Below, piece by piece: positions 18,460-27,039 of a stretch of DNA of 32,000 nucleotides (the first letter of the stretch is position 1; every line of letters starts with the position of its first letter). A program made the translations under genes and the position numbers. Below the pieces are notes generated by a model. That model ran no database searches and was not told the origin of the DNA. It saw only the letters and a list, made by a program, of their open reading frames with translations. Origin of the DNA: Tannockella kyphosi (GTDB taxonomy: Bacteria > Bacillota_I > Bacilli_A > Erysipelotrichales > Coprobacillaceae); the NCBI RefSeq assembly GCF_021054785.1, contig NZ_CP088239.1, forward strand, positions 390,001 to 422,000, read 5' to 3'.

Positions 18460-20037
18460 ATGTGCGGTTTTATGGCAGTTGATGGGACATTATTAACGAA
18501 AGAAGAATTTGAAAAAGAGTTCTCTTTCATACAATATCGTGGTCCTGACCAAAGTGAAGTAATAAAATTAGATGAAGCAATCCTAGGATTCCATCGTCTT
18601 GCAATCATGGGATTACATCCTGAAGGGATGCAACCAATGACATTGGATAATAATTATGTTTTATGTAATGGAGAAATTTATAATTTTAGAGCAGTAAAAA
18701 AAGAACTAGAAAAACAATTTACTTTTAAATCAGAAAGTGACTGTGAAATTCTTTTACCATTATATTCATTATATAAAGAAGACATGGTTCATCATATTGA
18801 AGGTGAGTTTGCACTAGCAATTTATGATGCAACAAATAAAACATGGTTTGCAGCAAGAGATCAATTAGGGATTAGACCATTATTCTATGGTTACCAAGAA
18901 AATGGTAAAATAGCTTTTGCATCTGAAATGAAAGCTATTCACAATATTTGTAAAGAAGTACATCCATTCCCTATTGGAAGTTATTACAAAGATGGAGAAT
19001 TTGTACAATTCTTAGATGTAACAAAAGTAGAAGAATATCAAACAAACATGGATGAAATTCAAAAAAACATTCATGATAAATTAGTAGCTGCTATTGAAAA
19101 AAGACTAGATAGTGATGCTCCTGTAGGATTCTTATTAAGTGGAGGATTAGATTCTTCTTTAGTTTGTGCAATAGCACAAAAGCAACTAGATAAACCAATT
19201 AAAACATTTGCAGTTGGTATGAAATCAGATGCAATAGATTTACATTATGCTAGAATAGTAGCAGAAGATATTAAAAGTGATCATACAGAATTCTTTATGA
19301 CACCAACAGAAGTATTAGATTCTATTAAAGAAGTTATTTATCATTTAGAAACATATGATATAACAACAATTCGTGCTAGTATCGGAATGTATATTCTTTG
19401 TAAAAACATTCATGAAAAAACAGATATTCGTGTATTATTATCAGGAGAAGTTAGTGATGAATTATTTGGTTATAAATATACTGATTATGCACCTAGTCCT
19501 GAAGAATTCCAAGAAGAAAGTGCAAAAAGAATGCGTGAATTATATCAATATGATGTTCTTAGAGCAGATCGTTGTATTGCAGCACATAGTTTAGAAGCTC
19601 GTGTTCCTTTTAGTGATTATGATTTTGCGAATTATGTTATGTCAATTGATCCTAAATTAAAAATGAATAGTTATGGTATTGGAAAATACTTATTAAGAAA
19701 TGCTTTTACTAATGAAGAATTACTTGAAAATATTCGTATGCGTGAAAAAGCAGCATTCTCGGATGCAGTAGGACATTCTATGGTTGATATTATCAAAGAA
19801 TATGCAGAGGGATTATATACAGATGAAGAATTTGAGTTATTAAGAAAACCTTTCTTAGATTATAATCCACCAATGACAAAAGAAGCGTTATTATATCGTT
19901 TAACATTTGTTGAATTATATCCTAATAGAGAAAACTTAATTACTGCTTATTGGTTACCAAATACATCTTGGCCTAACTGTAATGTTACTGATCCAAGTGC
20001 TCGTGTTTTACCAAACTATGGTGATAGTGGAAAGTAG
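18460..20037 (+). CDS. asnB: Asparagine synthase (glutamine-hydrolysing), AsnB type
   Basis: The MCGF N-terminus carries the Cys2 Ntn-amidotransferase nucleophile. The PP-loop SGGLDSS is present. The C-terminal ...DPSARVLP... tail resembles, from memory, the E. coli and eukaryotic type of AsnB. 525 aa. Confidence 0.9.
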   Translation: MCGFMAVDGTLLTKEEFEKEFSFIQYRGPDQSEVIKLDEAILGFHRLAIMGLHPEGMQPMTLDNNYVLCNGEIYNFRAVKKELEKQFTFKSESDCEILLPLYSLYKEDMVHHIEGEFALAIYDATNKTWFAARDQLGIRPLFYGYQENGKIAFASEMKAIHNICKEVHPFPIGSYYKDGEFVQFLDVTKVEEYQTNMDEIQKNIHDKLVAAIEKRLDSDAPVGFLLSGGLDSSLVCAIAQKQLDKPIKTFAVGMKSDAIDLHYARIVAEDIKSDHTEFFMTPTEVLDSIKEVIYHLETYDITTIRASIGMYILCKNIHEKTDIRVLLSGEVSDELFGYKYTDYAPSPEEFQEESAKRMRELYQYDVLRADRCIAAHSLEARVPFSDYDFANYVMSIDPKLKMNSYGIGKYLLRNAFTNEELLENIRMREKAAFSDAVGHSMVDIIKEYAEGLYTDEEFELLRKPFLDYNPPMTKEALLYRLTFVELYPNRENLITAYWLPNTSWPNCNVTDPSARVLPNYGDSGK

Positions 20038-20056
20038 ACTTTTGTCTACTTTTTTG
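20033..20056 (+). terminator. Intrinsic terminator after asnB
   Basis: AGTAGAC-TTTT-GTCTACT followed by T6; it overlaps the TAG stop. Confidence 0.75.
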
Positions 20057-20221
20057 TTTTCTAACTAAATTTCTTAAAAATGATTGACGATAAGCTGTAA
20101 AATTTAAATTGTCTATTTCACATAGTTTAAGGAATTATGGTGTTATTGAGGATGTAATTCTTGACAAATAGAAATATATAATTATATTAGTCCCATGGTA
20201 AAGAAATGGGAGGAATAGAAA

Positions 20222-22186
20222 ATGAAAAAGATCTTTGCTTTAGTATTAGTTATACAATTAGTATTTTCACCGTTATCCATATTTGCAGAGGATGACACAT
20301 CGTCGAATATTGAGATTACTGAATCTGTATTTCCGGATGCATTAGTGAGGGAGATGTTATCTGAATGCGATTGGGATAATGATGGGGTTTTAAGTTCAAA
20401 TGAACAATCGTCTATTTATTATGTAGAGTACAAAGAGGGAATGAAAGATTTCACAGGATTAGATTTGCTACCTAATATTGCTGGCTTTTCAGCTTATGGC
20501 ATTACAAGCGACAGTGAAGTTGAATTGGATTTGACATCATTGAAAAACCTAAGAGGAATAAGTATTCTTGATTGTTCAGGGATAAAATCACTTGATATTT
20601 CAGGGCTTACCAATTTGGGTAGTCTTTTTGTAAATGGTACTAGCATTTCTGAATTAGATTTGACTGGAATGGTGTCTTTATATTCTTTGGATGTATCTAA
20701 CAATCCAAATATGACAACATTGGATATTTCAGATAGTAAAAATCTTACGTATATATCTATACACGGTACATCTATTTCTAGTTTAGATTTGTCGAATGTA
20801 GATGAATTATATGAATTGGATTGTTCAAATTCAAAAATATCAACAATTGACATTTCTGATTTTGAAAATTTATATACTTTTAAAGCATCGGGTGATAATT
20901 TGGTAGAAGTAATTACGAGCGATACAGGAAATTATATTTCTAACGGAGATATTGTAGAAGGGTATACGTTGGATACTTGCGTTACACTAGCTGCTAGTAC
21001 TTATCAAGCAGGAGATGAGGTAGTTATTCCAGATACGGTAACAGCCATTGGTTATTTTGCATTTGTGGGTGACAATACACCAAGAGTTATTGAAATACCG
21101 GAAAGTGTTGATAATGTTTTCGGTAATGCTTTCTATAATTGTACAAACCTAGATACATTGTTATTCGAGGGAGATTCAATAATATTTGATGAATATTCTT
21201 TTACAGGGTGTACTAATCTTAGTTCCATATATTTTAGTGGATCAGCTGCTACATTAGCAAAAGAAGAATACTTCTATTATAGTGATACAGATGAGGAGCC
21301 TTATTTAATTCGTGAAGGAACTTTCTCTGGTTTAACTGCAACTGTATATTATCCAGAAGGGGATAGTTCATGGGATGAAGTGATTAAAGGTAACTATAGT
21401 GGTGATATCACTTGGGTTGCTTGGGATCCTTCAATAGGAATACCAGAAAGTGATACAACAGGCAGTGTTGCTACTGTAACGGTATCACCTACGATAGTAG
21501 ATACAGCTGCAAACGTAGTTGTTAGTGATGATGCAATTTCTGGCTTAGTGAATAGCTCTGAAAAAACAGTAACTATTGCGGTAGATGTTACAAATGATGT
21601 TGAGACAGTAAAAGTGAAAGTTTCAAGTGAAGCTATTGATACATTAATAGCTAGTGATGTGGAAGAAGTGGTAGTTGAATGTGGAATTGCATCATTATCA
21701 TTGGATAAAGCAACATTAGAAACAATATCAGCTAGTACTTCTGGTGTAATTACATTTAATGTGGAAACAGTAGATACTGCTATTTTAAGTAGTGATATAA
21801 AAGAGTTAATTGGAGATAGACCAGTATTTGATTTTTCAATTATTGATGAAGAAGGAACTACAGTTTCTACATTTGGATTGGGTGTTGTTACAGTATCCAT
21901 TCCTTATGTTTTAGCAGACGGAGAAGTAGCAGAAAATTTAGTTATCTACTATTTAGCAGATAATGGAGATGTTGAAGAAGTAGAAGTTTTAAATTACGAT
22001 GAAGTAAATGGAGTGGTTACATTTGAAGCTACTCACTTCTCAAGTTATGCAGTAGGATATGCTGAAGCTGATGATGGTATATCGGTACCTGCTACAGGAG
22101 ATACATTTAACTATACTTTTGTAGTATGTGCAATAATGTCATTAGGAGCTATTTACATATTACGTAAGAAAAGATCAATGAATTAA
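20222..22186 (+). CDS. Secreted leucine-rich-repeat surface protein with a C-terminal sortase-type sorting signal (VPATG)
   Basis: Signal peptide MKKIFALVLVIQLVFSPLSIFA|EDD. About six 21-23-aa LRRs. A BspA-like LRR segment (IPDTVTAIGYFAF..., IPESVDNVFGNAFYNCTNL..., FDEYSFTGCTNL...). A V/T/S/D/E-rich stalk. The C-terminus is VPATG, then a hydrophobic helix, then RKKRSMN. Confidence 0.85.
   Translation: MKKIFALVLVIQLVFSPLSIFAEDDTSSNIEITESVFPDALVREMLSECDWDNDGVLSSNEQSSIYYVEYKEGMKDFTGLDLLPNIAGFSAYGITSDSEVELDLTSLKNLRGISILDCSGIKSLDISGLTNLGSLFVNGTSISELDLTGMVSLYSLDVSNNPNMTTLDISDSKNLTYISIHGTSISSLDLSNVDELYELDCSNSKISTIDISDFENLYTFKASGDNLVEVITSDTGNYISNGDIVEGYTLDTCVTLAASTYQAGDEVVIPDTVTAIGYFAFVGDNTPRVIEIPESVDNVFGNAFYNCTNLDTLLFEGDSIIFDEYSFTGCTNLSSIYFSGSAATLAKEEYFYYSDTDEEPYLIREGTFSGLTATVYYPEGDSSWDEVIKGNYSGDITWVAWDPSIGIPESDTTGSVATVTVSPTIVDTAANVVVSDDAISGLVNSSEKTVTIAVDVTNDVETVKVKVSSEAIDTLIASDVEEVVVECGIASLSLDKATLETISASTSGVITFNVETVDTAILSSDIKELIGDRPVFDFSIIDEEGTTVSTFGLGVVTVSIPYVLADGEVAENLVIYYLADNGDVEEVEVLNYDEVNGVVTFEATHFSSYAVGYAEADDGISVPATGDTFNYTFVVCAIMSLGAIYILRKKRSMN
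20519..20911 (+). repeat. Tandem leucine-rich repeats at protein level, about 66-nt period
   Basis: Recurring units: LDISGLTNLGSLFVNGTSISE, LDLTGMVSLYSLDVSNNPNMTT, LDISDSKNLTYISIHGTSISS, LDLSNVDELYELDCSNSKISTI, DISDFENLYTF... Confidence 0.7.
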
Positions 22187-22197
22187 ACAAAAGAATT

Positions 22198-22231
22198 GCC
22201 TCGTAGTTTTAAAACTATGAGGCTTCTATTT
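22198..22231 (+). terminator. Hairpin after the LRR gene (weak terminator or attenuator)
   Basis: GCCTCGTAGTT-TTAA-AACTATGAGGC has an 11-bp stem with one G-U pair. The trailing tract TTCTATTT is poor, and the next gene starts 18 nt later. Confidence 0.45.
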
Positions 22232-22248
22232 GTAAAGAGGAGATAACT

Positions 22249-23946
22249 ATGTTAAAAGAGATTCATTTTTATAACCTGATAAAAATAGGCTTTTTTCTAT
22301 CTTTGGTATTGATAGGAGGATATTTTGAGTTTGCATCAGGGTTGCTGACTATATATTTTACAGGTTGTTTGTTGTTTGCTTCTAAAGATAAATTTACTTT
22401 TAATAAGGATAAGACTATTTATAGTGTTATTATTATTGTTATGATGTATTTACTAGTGATACCATTTTCTACTGATATTAGTATGGGTATTATTGGATTT
22501 GTAAAATATTTGCCACTTATTCCAATTGTTTTATTAGTGGCAAAGTTAGAAAAAGAAGAGAAAGAAAACATATTAAAAACAATACCAATTTGTGGGGTAT
22601 TGATGACGATGTTTTCATTTTTTGTTTCTTTTTTTGAAGGGTTGGATAGCTTTTTTAATGTTAGTGGTCGATATGCAGGATTATTTCAATACCCAAATAC
22701 TTTTGCTTTGTTTTTATTGATTGGTTTGATTGTTTTAGTACACCAAAAAGAAGACAAAAATAAGTTATATTATATCTATTGTGTGGTCTTAATGGGTGGA
22801 TTATTTATGTCGGGTAGTAGAACTGGAATGATATTGATGGTATTGAGTTTGTTGATGTCTTGTTTTTTAAAAGAAACTAGAAGAAATGGTATCGTGTTGG
22901 GTGTTATTTTAGCAATTGGATGGATGTTTTCTTTGGCATGGGTGGTTTTTAATGGTGAAATAGGAACTATTGGTCGATATCTTACGGCATCTTTATCGTC
23001 AAGTACTTTTGTTGGACGTATTTTATATGTAATAGATGCATTACCGGTTATTTTTTCGAATCCGCTTGGCTTGGGATATATGGGTTATCAGTTTTTACAA
23101 GGAAGCTTTCAAACAGGTGTTTATAATGTGGCCTATGTTCATAATGATTTTTTGCAATTGTTTTTAGATGTTGGATGGGTTGCGGGAGTTTTATTTATAT
23201 TGCTTGCTTATCGTGCAATAACATCAAAAGAAAATTGCTCTATGTTTCGGATGATTGCTTTATTTATTTCTTTACATACTTTGTTAGACTTTCATCTTCA
23301 GTATATTTCAATCTTTCTAATTTTCATATTAGTGCTAGATTATCAACCTATATCTAAAGTGATAAATAAAAAGAAGAAAAGTAAAATAAAGCAGATTACA
23401 GTAAAGAATAAGGTGGTCTATGGATTTGCAGTTGTAAGTATTTTGTTTTCTGGTTATATGGGTAGTGCTTTGTTTTTAGAATACATGAATCAAGATGACT
23501 TGTCGTTAACACTTTTTTCGATGAATAGTCGTATTTATATGGATAAAATATATAATACAGTGGATGTGGATGAAGCTAATGAATATGCAAATAAGATTTT
23601 AGATAATGGTGATGATAATATGTTAAGTTATCGTGCTAAAGCCGATTGGTATTTTAAGTCAGGAATGGTGGAAGATACAGTAGAGAATAAGCTGAAACAA
23701 ATTGAATTATCTAAGTATGATTTAGATGCATATAAAGAGTTGATAGAAATGTTAGTGATATTTAAAGATTTATATAATGATAGTGGAGATATGGAAGGGG
23801 TTATGTATTGTACAGGAATATTACAATCGATACCTACTATGTTAGAAGAAGTGGAAAATAATACATCTTCTTTAGCATACAAAATAACTGATCAACCTGA
23901 TTTAGAATTACCTTCTGAATACATTTATTATTGTTATACCAATTAA
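22249..23946 (+). CDS. O-antigen ligase/polymerase-like (Wzy_C family) polytopic membrane protein with a C-terminal soluble helical (TPR-like) domain
   Basis: About 10-12 predicted TM helices. GSRTGMILMVL and HNDFLQLFLDVGWVAGVLF resemble the Wzy_C/WaaL periplasmic-loop motifs. The last ~170 aa are hydrophilic and helical. AGAGGAG is the RBS. Confidence 0.7.
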   Translation: MLKEIHFYNLIKIGFFLSLVLIGGYFEFASGLLTIYFTGCLLFASKDKFTFNKDKTIYSVIIIVMMYLLVIPFSTDISMGIIGFVKYLPLIPIVLLVAKLEKEEKENILKTIPICGVLMTMFSFFVSFFEGLDSFFNVSGRYAGLFQYPNTFALFLLIGLIVLVHQKEDKNKLYYIYCVVLMGGLFMSGSRTGMILMVLSLLMSCFLKETRRNGIVLGVILAIGWMFSLAWVVFNGEIGTIGRYLTASLSSSTFVGRILYVIDALPVIFSNPLGLGYMGYQFLQGSFQTGVYNVAYVHNDFLQLFLDVGWVAGVLFILLAYRAITSKENCSMFRMIALFISLHTLLDFHLQYISIFLIFILVLDYQPISKVINKKKKSKIKQITVKNKVVYGFAVVSILFSGYMGSALFLEYMNQDDLSLTLFSMNSRIYMDKIYNTVDVDEANEYANKILDNGDDNMLSYRAKADWYFKSGMVEDTVENKLKQIELSKYDLDAYKELIEMLVIFKDLYNDSGDMEGVMYCTGILQSIPTMLEEVENNTSSLAYKITDQPDLELPSEYIYYCYTN

Positions 23947-23950
23947 TACT

Positions 23951-23985
23951 AACTTCTTGTTATATACTAACAAGAAGTTTTATTG
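23951..23985 (+). terminator. Intrinsic terminator after the Wzy_C-like gene
   Basis: AACTTCTTGTTA-TATAC-TAACAAGAAGTT has a perfect 12-bp stem, followed by TTTATT. Confidence 0.7.
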
Positions 23986-24031
23986 GTATATCCTAATGTA
24001 ATATGATAATATTTGTAAAAGAGGTGAAATC

Positions 24032-26032
24032 ATGGATGAGTTAAAGCTATTGAAAATAAGACAAGATAAAATTGATATTTTACATCAAATGGGTATTCAA
24101 ACAATAGAAGATTTATATCTTTATTATCCTTATCGTTATGCTATTTTAGAAGCTACACCTCTAACACAAGAAAAATGTACGATAGAAGCTATTTTGTTAG
24201 AAAAGCCACAAACTTATTTTCATAGTCGTGTTTCTAGGTTGTTTTTTACTGTTTTATATGAAGAACAACGAATTAAAGTAACTCTTTTTAATCGTCATTT
24301 CTTAGCTAAAAGTATGGTGGAAGGAATGAAGATTACTTTGACTGGAAAATATGATGCTAGAAAAGCTAGTTTAGTGGCTAGTGATATTTATTTAAAGCCA
24401 ATTGATCAGTGTAGTGCGATTACTCCTATCTATTCTTTAAAAGAAGGTATTAATGCAAAGATGCTACAATCTTATATAAAAAAAGCAATGCAATATCAAA
24501 TGATAGAAGAAGATATTCCTGTATCGTGTGTTCAAAAGTATCGTTTACTATCTAAGTATGAAGCTATTTATAAAATACATTTTCCAGAAGTACAGGAAGA
24601 TATCCGTCAAGCAATACGTTATTTAAAGTATCGTGAATTCTTTTATTTTCAATTAACAATGCAATATACGACATCTCAAATAACCAAAACGAAAGGAATA
24701 TCTAAAGAATATGATATTCATAAATTGCAATCATTTATAAAAGATTTGTCTTTTGAATTAACGGGTGATCAATTAGAAGCGGTGGAAGATATTTTAAAAG
24801 ACTTACAGAGTGATAAAACGATGTATCGTTTTTTACAAGGAGATGTAGGTAGTGGGAAGACAATTGTTGCGACGATAGGAATATATGCTAATTATTTAGC
24901 TGGTTTTCAAGGGGCTTTTATGGCACCTACAGAAGTATTAGCAGCACAGCTATATGATTCACTATGTCATACCTTTAAAAACAAAGGCTTACAAGTGGAA
25001 CTATTAGTAGGTAGTCATACTGCTAAACAAAAAGAAGATATTTATCAGAGGCTTTTAAATGGTCAAATAGATGTATTAGTAGGTACACATGCTTTGTTTC
25101 AAGAAAAAGTGGTTTATCAAAATTTAGGATTTATTGTAACAGATGAACAACATCGTTTTGGTGTAAAACAAAGGAAAGCTTTAAAAGACAAAGGAGTACA
25201 AGTAGACTTTTTAATTATGTCAGCAACGCCTATTCCTCGTACCTTAGCAATTAGTTTTTATGGGGACATGGATGTTTCTACGATAGAAACAATGCCACAA
25301 GGGAGAAAAGAAATTATTACTAAAGTAGTTGCATCTACATCGATGAAGCCTATTTTAACTGAAATAGACGAATATTTACAAAAAGGAGGGCAATGTTATG
25401 TGGTTTGTCCTTTAATAGATAAAAGTGAAGCAATTGAATGTAGAGATGTTCAATCTATTTATGATGGAATGGTTTCTTATTTTAAAGATCGTTATCAAAT
25501 AGGATTATTACATGGTAAAATACAAGATAGTCAAAAAAATGAAATCATGGATAAATTTAAAAATAATGAGATACGAATTTTAGTTTCTACTACAGTGATA
25601 GAAGTAGGAATTGATGTAAAGAATGCAAATAGGATTGTTATTTATAATGCCGAGAGATTTGGATTAAGTCAGTTGCATCAGTTAAGAGGAAGAGTAGGTA
25701 GAGGGAAAGAACAAGGCTATTGTTATTTGCTATCTACTAGTAGTCAGGAACTATCGAAAGAAAGATTATCTTTCTTAGAAACTTGTCACAATGGTTTTGA
25801 AATTTCAAAGTATGATTTATCTTTAAGAGGACCAGGGGATATGCTTGGAAATAGACAAAGTGGTTTACCTAGTTTTTCATTAGGGGATTTGTCAAAAGAC
25901 ATGGTTATTTTGGAATTGGCTAGAAAAGATGTAGTTGACTTTTTTGAAAGAAATAGTCAAGATAGTAGATGGTTATTGTTGTTAGAAAAAATAAGAAAAC
26001 AATTAGAAAAGAATAATCAATATATAGATTAA
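24032..26032 (+). CDS. recG: ATP-dependent DNA helicase RecG
   Basis: Wedge/OB N-terminus, Walker A GDVGSGKT, DEQH box (VTDEQHRFG), helicase motif VI QLRGRVGRG, and the TRG motif region. 666 aa. Confidence 0.95.
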   Translation: MDELKLLKIRQDKIDILHQMGIQTIEDLYLYYPYRYAILEATPLTQEKCTIEAILLEKPQTYFHSRVSRLFFTVLYEEQRIKVTLFNRHFLAKSMVEGMKITLTGKYDARKASLVASDIYLKPIDQCSAITPIYSLKEGINAKMLQSYIKKAMQYQMIEEDIPVSCVQKYRLLSKYEAIYKIHFPEVQEDIRQAIRYLKYREFFYFQLTMQYTTSQITKTKGISKEYDIHKLQSFIKDLSFELTGDQLEAVEDILKDLQSDKTMYRFLQGDVGSGKTIVATIGIYANYLAGFQGAFMAPTEVLAAQLYDSLCHTFKNKGLQVELLVGSHTAKQKEDIYQRLLNGQIDVLVGTHALFQEKVVYQNLGFIVTDEQHRFGVKQRKALKDKGVQVDFLIMSATPIPRTLAISFYGDMDVSTIETMPQGRKEIITKVVASTSMKPILTEIDEYLQKGGQCYVVCPLIDKSEAIECRDVQSIYDGMVSYFKDRYQIGLLHGKIQDSQKNEIMDKFKNNEIRILVSTTVIEVGIDVKNANRIVIYNAERFGLSQLHQLRGRVGRGKEQGYCYLLSTSSQELSKERLSFLETCHNGFEISKYDLSLRGPGDMLGNRQSGLPSFSLGDLSKDMVILELARKDVVDFFERNSQDSRWLLLLEKIRKQLEKNNQYID

Positions 26033-26064
26033 TATGTTATAATACGGTAATAGGGGTGAAGATA

Positions 26065-27039
26065 ATGAAATTAGCGATTGATGCAATGTCTGGAGATTTA
26101 GGAAGTCCAGTAGTAGTGGAAGCTTGTTTATCATTCTTAAAAAAGAATGATAATGTAGAGTTATATGTAGTAGGGAAATTGGATGAGTTATCAGCATTAA
26201 AGGATCATCCAAAAGTAACATTAGTAGAAGCAAATGAAGTATTAGAAATGACAGAAAATATTATGGCAATTCGTCGTAAAAAAGAATCAAGTATGGTCCG
26301 TGCGATGATGCTTGCTAAAAATGGGGAAGTAGATGGCGTTGTGTCTAGTGGAAATACGGGGGCATTTTATGCTAGTGCAATGTTATTTGTAAAAAGAATA
26401 GCAGGTGTTGAAAAGTCATGTTTAATGGCTCGTATGCCGACATTAGATGGTAAAGGTATTTTAATGTTAGATGTAGGTGCTAATAGTGATAATACACCAG
26501 AACAATTAGTTTCTTTTGCAGTGATGGGAAATGTATATGCAAAGAATGTGTTGAATATTGAAAAACCAAAAGTTGGTTTATTAAATATTGGTACAGAAGA
26601 ACACAAAGGAGATGACATGCATCGAGCAGCCTATCATCTATTACAAGAAAAAGAAGGAATTCATTTTATAGGTAATATTGAAGGAAAACATATTTTAGAT
26701 GGTGATGTAGATATTGTTGTAACAGATGGATTTACTGGAAATGTGTGTATGAAGTCTTTTGAAGGGGCTTCAGCATTATTAATGCAAGGATTAAAAGAAA
26801 ATATGATGGCGAATACTATTTCAAAAATAGGTGCATTATTTTCAAAAGGAGCATTACGTTCTTTAAAACATACGTTTGATGCAGATAGTGCTGGTGGTGC
26901 TCTTTTGATTGGTTTTGAAAAACCAATCGTAAAAGCACATGGAGCAAGTAATGCAGTGGCTTTTGAAAATGGTATTATTTTAACTGCAAACATGGTAGAA
27001 AATGATGTAACATCAAAAATTAAGGCAGGGTTAGAATAA
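26065..27039 (+). CDS. plsX: Phosphate acyltransferase PlsX
   Basis: MKLAIDAMSGDLG... is the canonical PlsX N-terminus. The start is re-called to the ATG at 26065 (AGGGGTGA upstream). The ORF-track GTG at 26056 lies inside the SD. Confidence 0.93.
   Translation: MKLAIDAMSGDLGSPVVVEACLSFLKKNDNVELYVVGKLDELSALKDHPKVTLVEANEVLEMTENIMAIRRKKESSMVRAMMLAKNGEVDGVVSSGNTGAFYASAMLFVKRIAGVEKSCLMARMPTLDGKGILMLDVGANSDNTPEQLVSFAVMGNVYAKNVLNIEKPKVGLLNIGTEEHKGDDMHRAAYHLLQEKEGIHFIGNIEGKHILDGDVDIVVTDGFTGNVCMKSFEGASALLMQGLKENMMANTISKIGALFSKGALRSLKHTFDADSAGGALLIGFEKPIVKAHGASNAVAFENGIILTANMVENDVTSKIKAGLE

Noticed and set aside
18460-20037. asnB as a lasso-peptide cyclase or as a peptidoglycan (mDAP/D-Asp) amidotransferase linked to the neighbouring envelope genes
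   Set aside because: It keeps the Cys2 glutaminase nucleophile and the PP-loop. It has the E. coli/eukaryote-like C-terminal DPSAR tail and compact 525-aa size of biosynthetic AsnB. No precursor peptide or protease gene is adjacent. A wall-amidation role cannot be excluded, but nothing in the sequence supports it.
20192-20213. Small hairpin CCCAT-N9-ATGGG overlapping the first bases of the LRR gene Shine-Dalgarno sequence
   Set aside because: The stem is only 5 bp with a 9-nt loop, which is too weak to argue for translational control.
20494-20853. 119-aa minus-strand ORF antisense to the LRR repeat region
   Set aside because: Same reasoning as above: it is embedded antisense in a supported CDS, has no translation signals, and shows no recognisable motifs.
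21394-21900. 168-aa minus-strand ORF antisense to the stalk region of the LRR protein gene
   Set aside because: It lies entirely inside a strongly supported plus-strand CDS. It has no RBS and a low-complexity T/S/V/I-rich translation. The sense strand here is rich in GTN, ACN and GAN codons, whose complements rarely create stop codons, so a long antisense ORF is expected by composition.
26003-26993. Minus-strand ORFs 26003..26233, 26367..26618 and 26661..26993, antisense to recG and plsX
   Set aside because: They are embedded antisense in well-supported genes, with no RBS and no recognisable domains.
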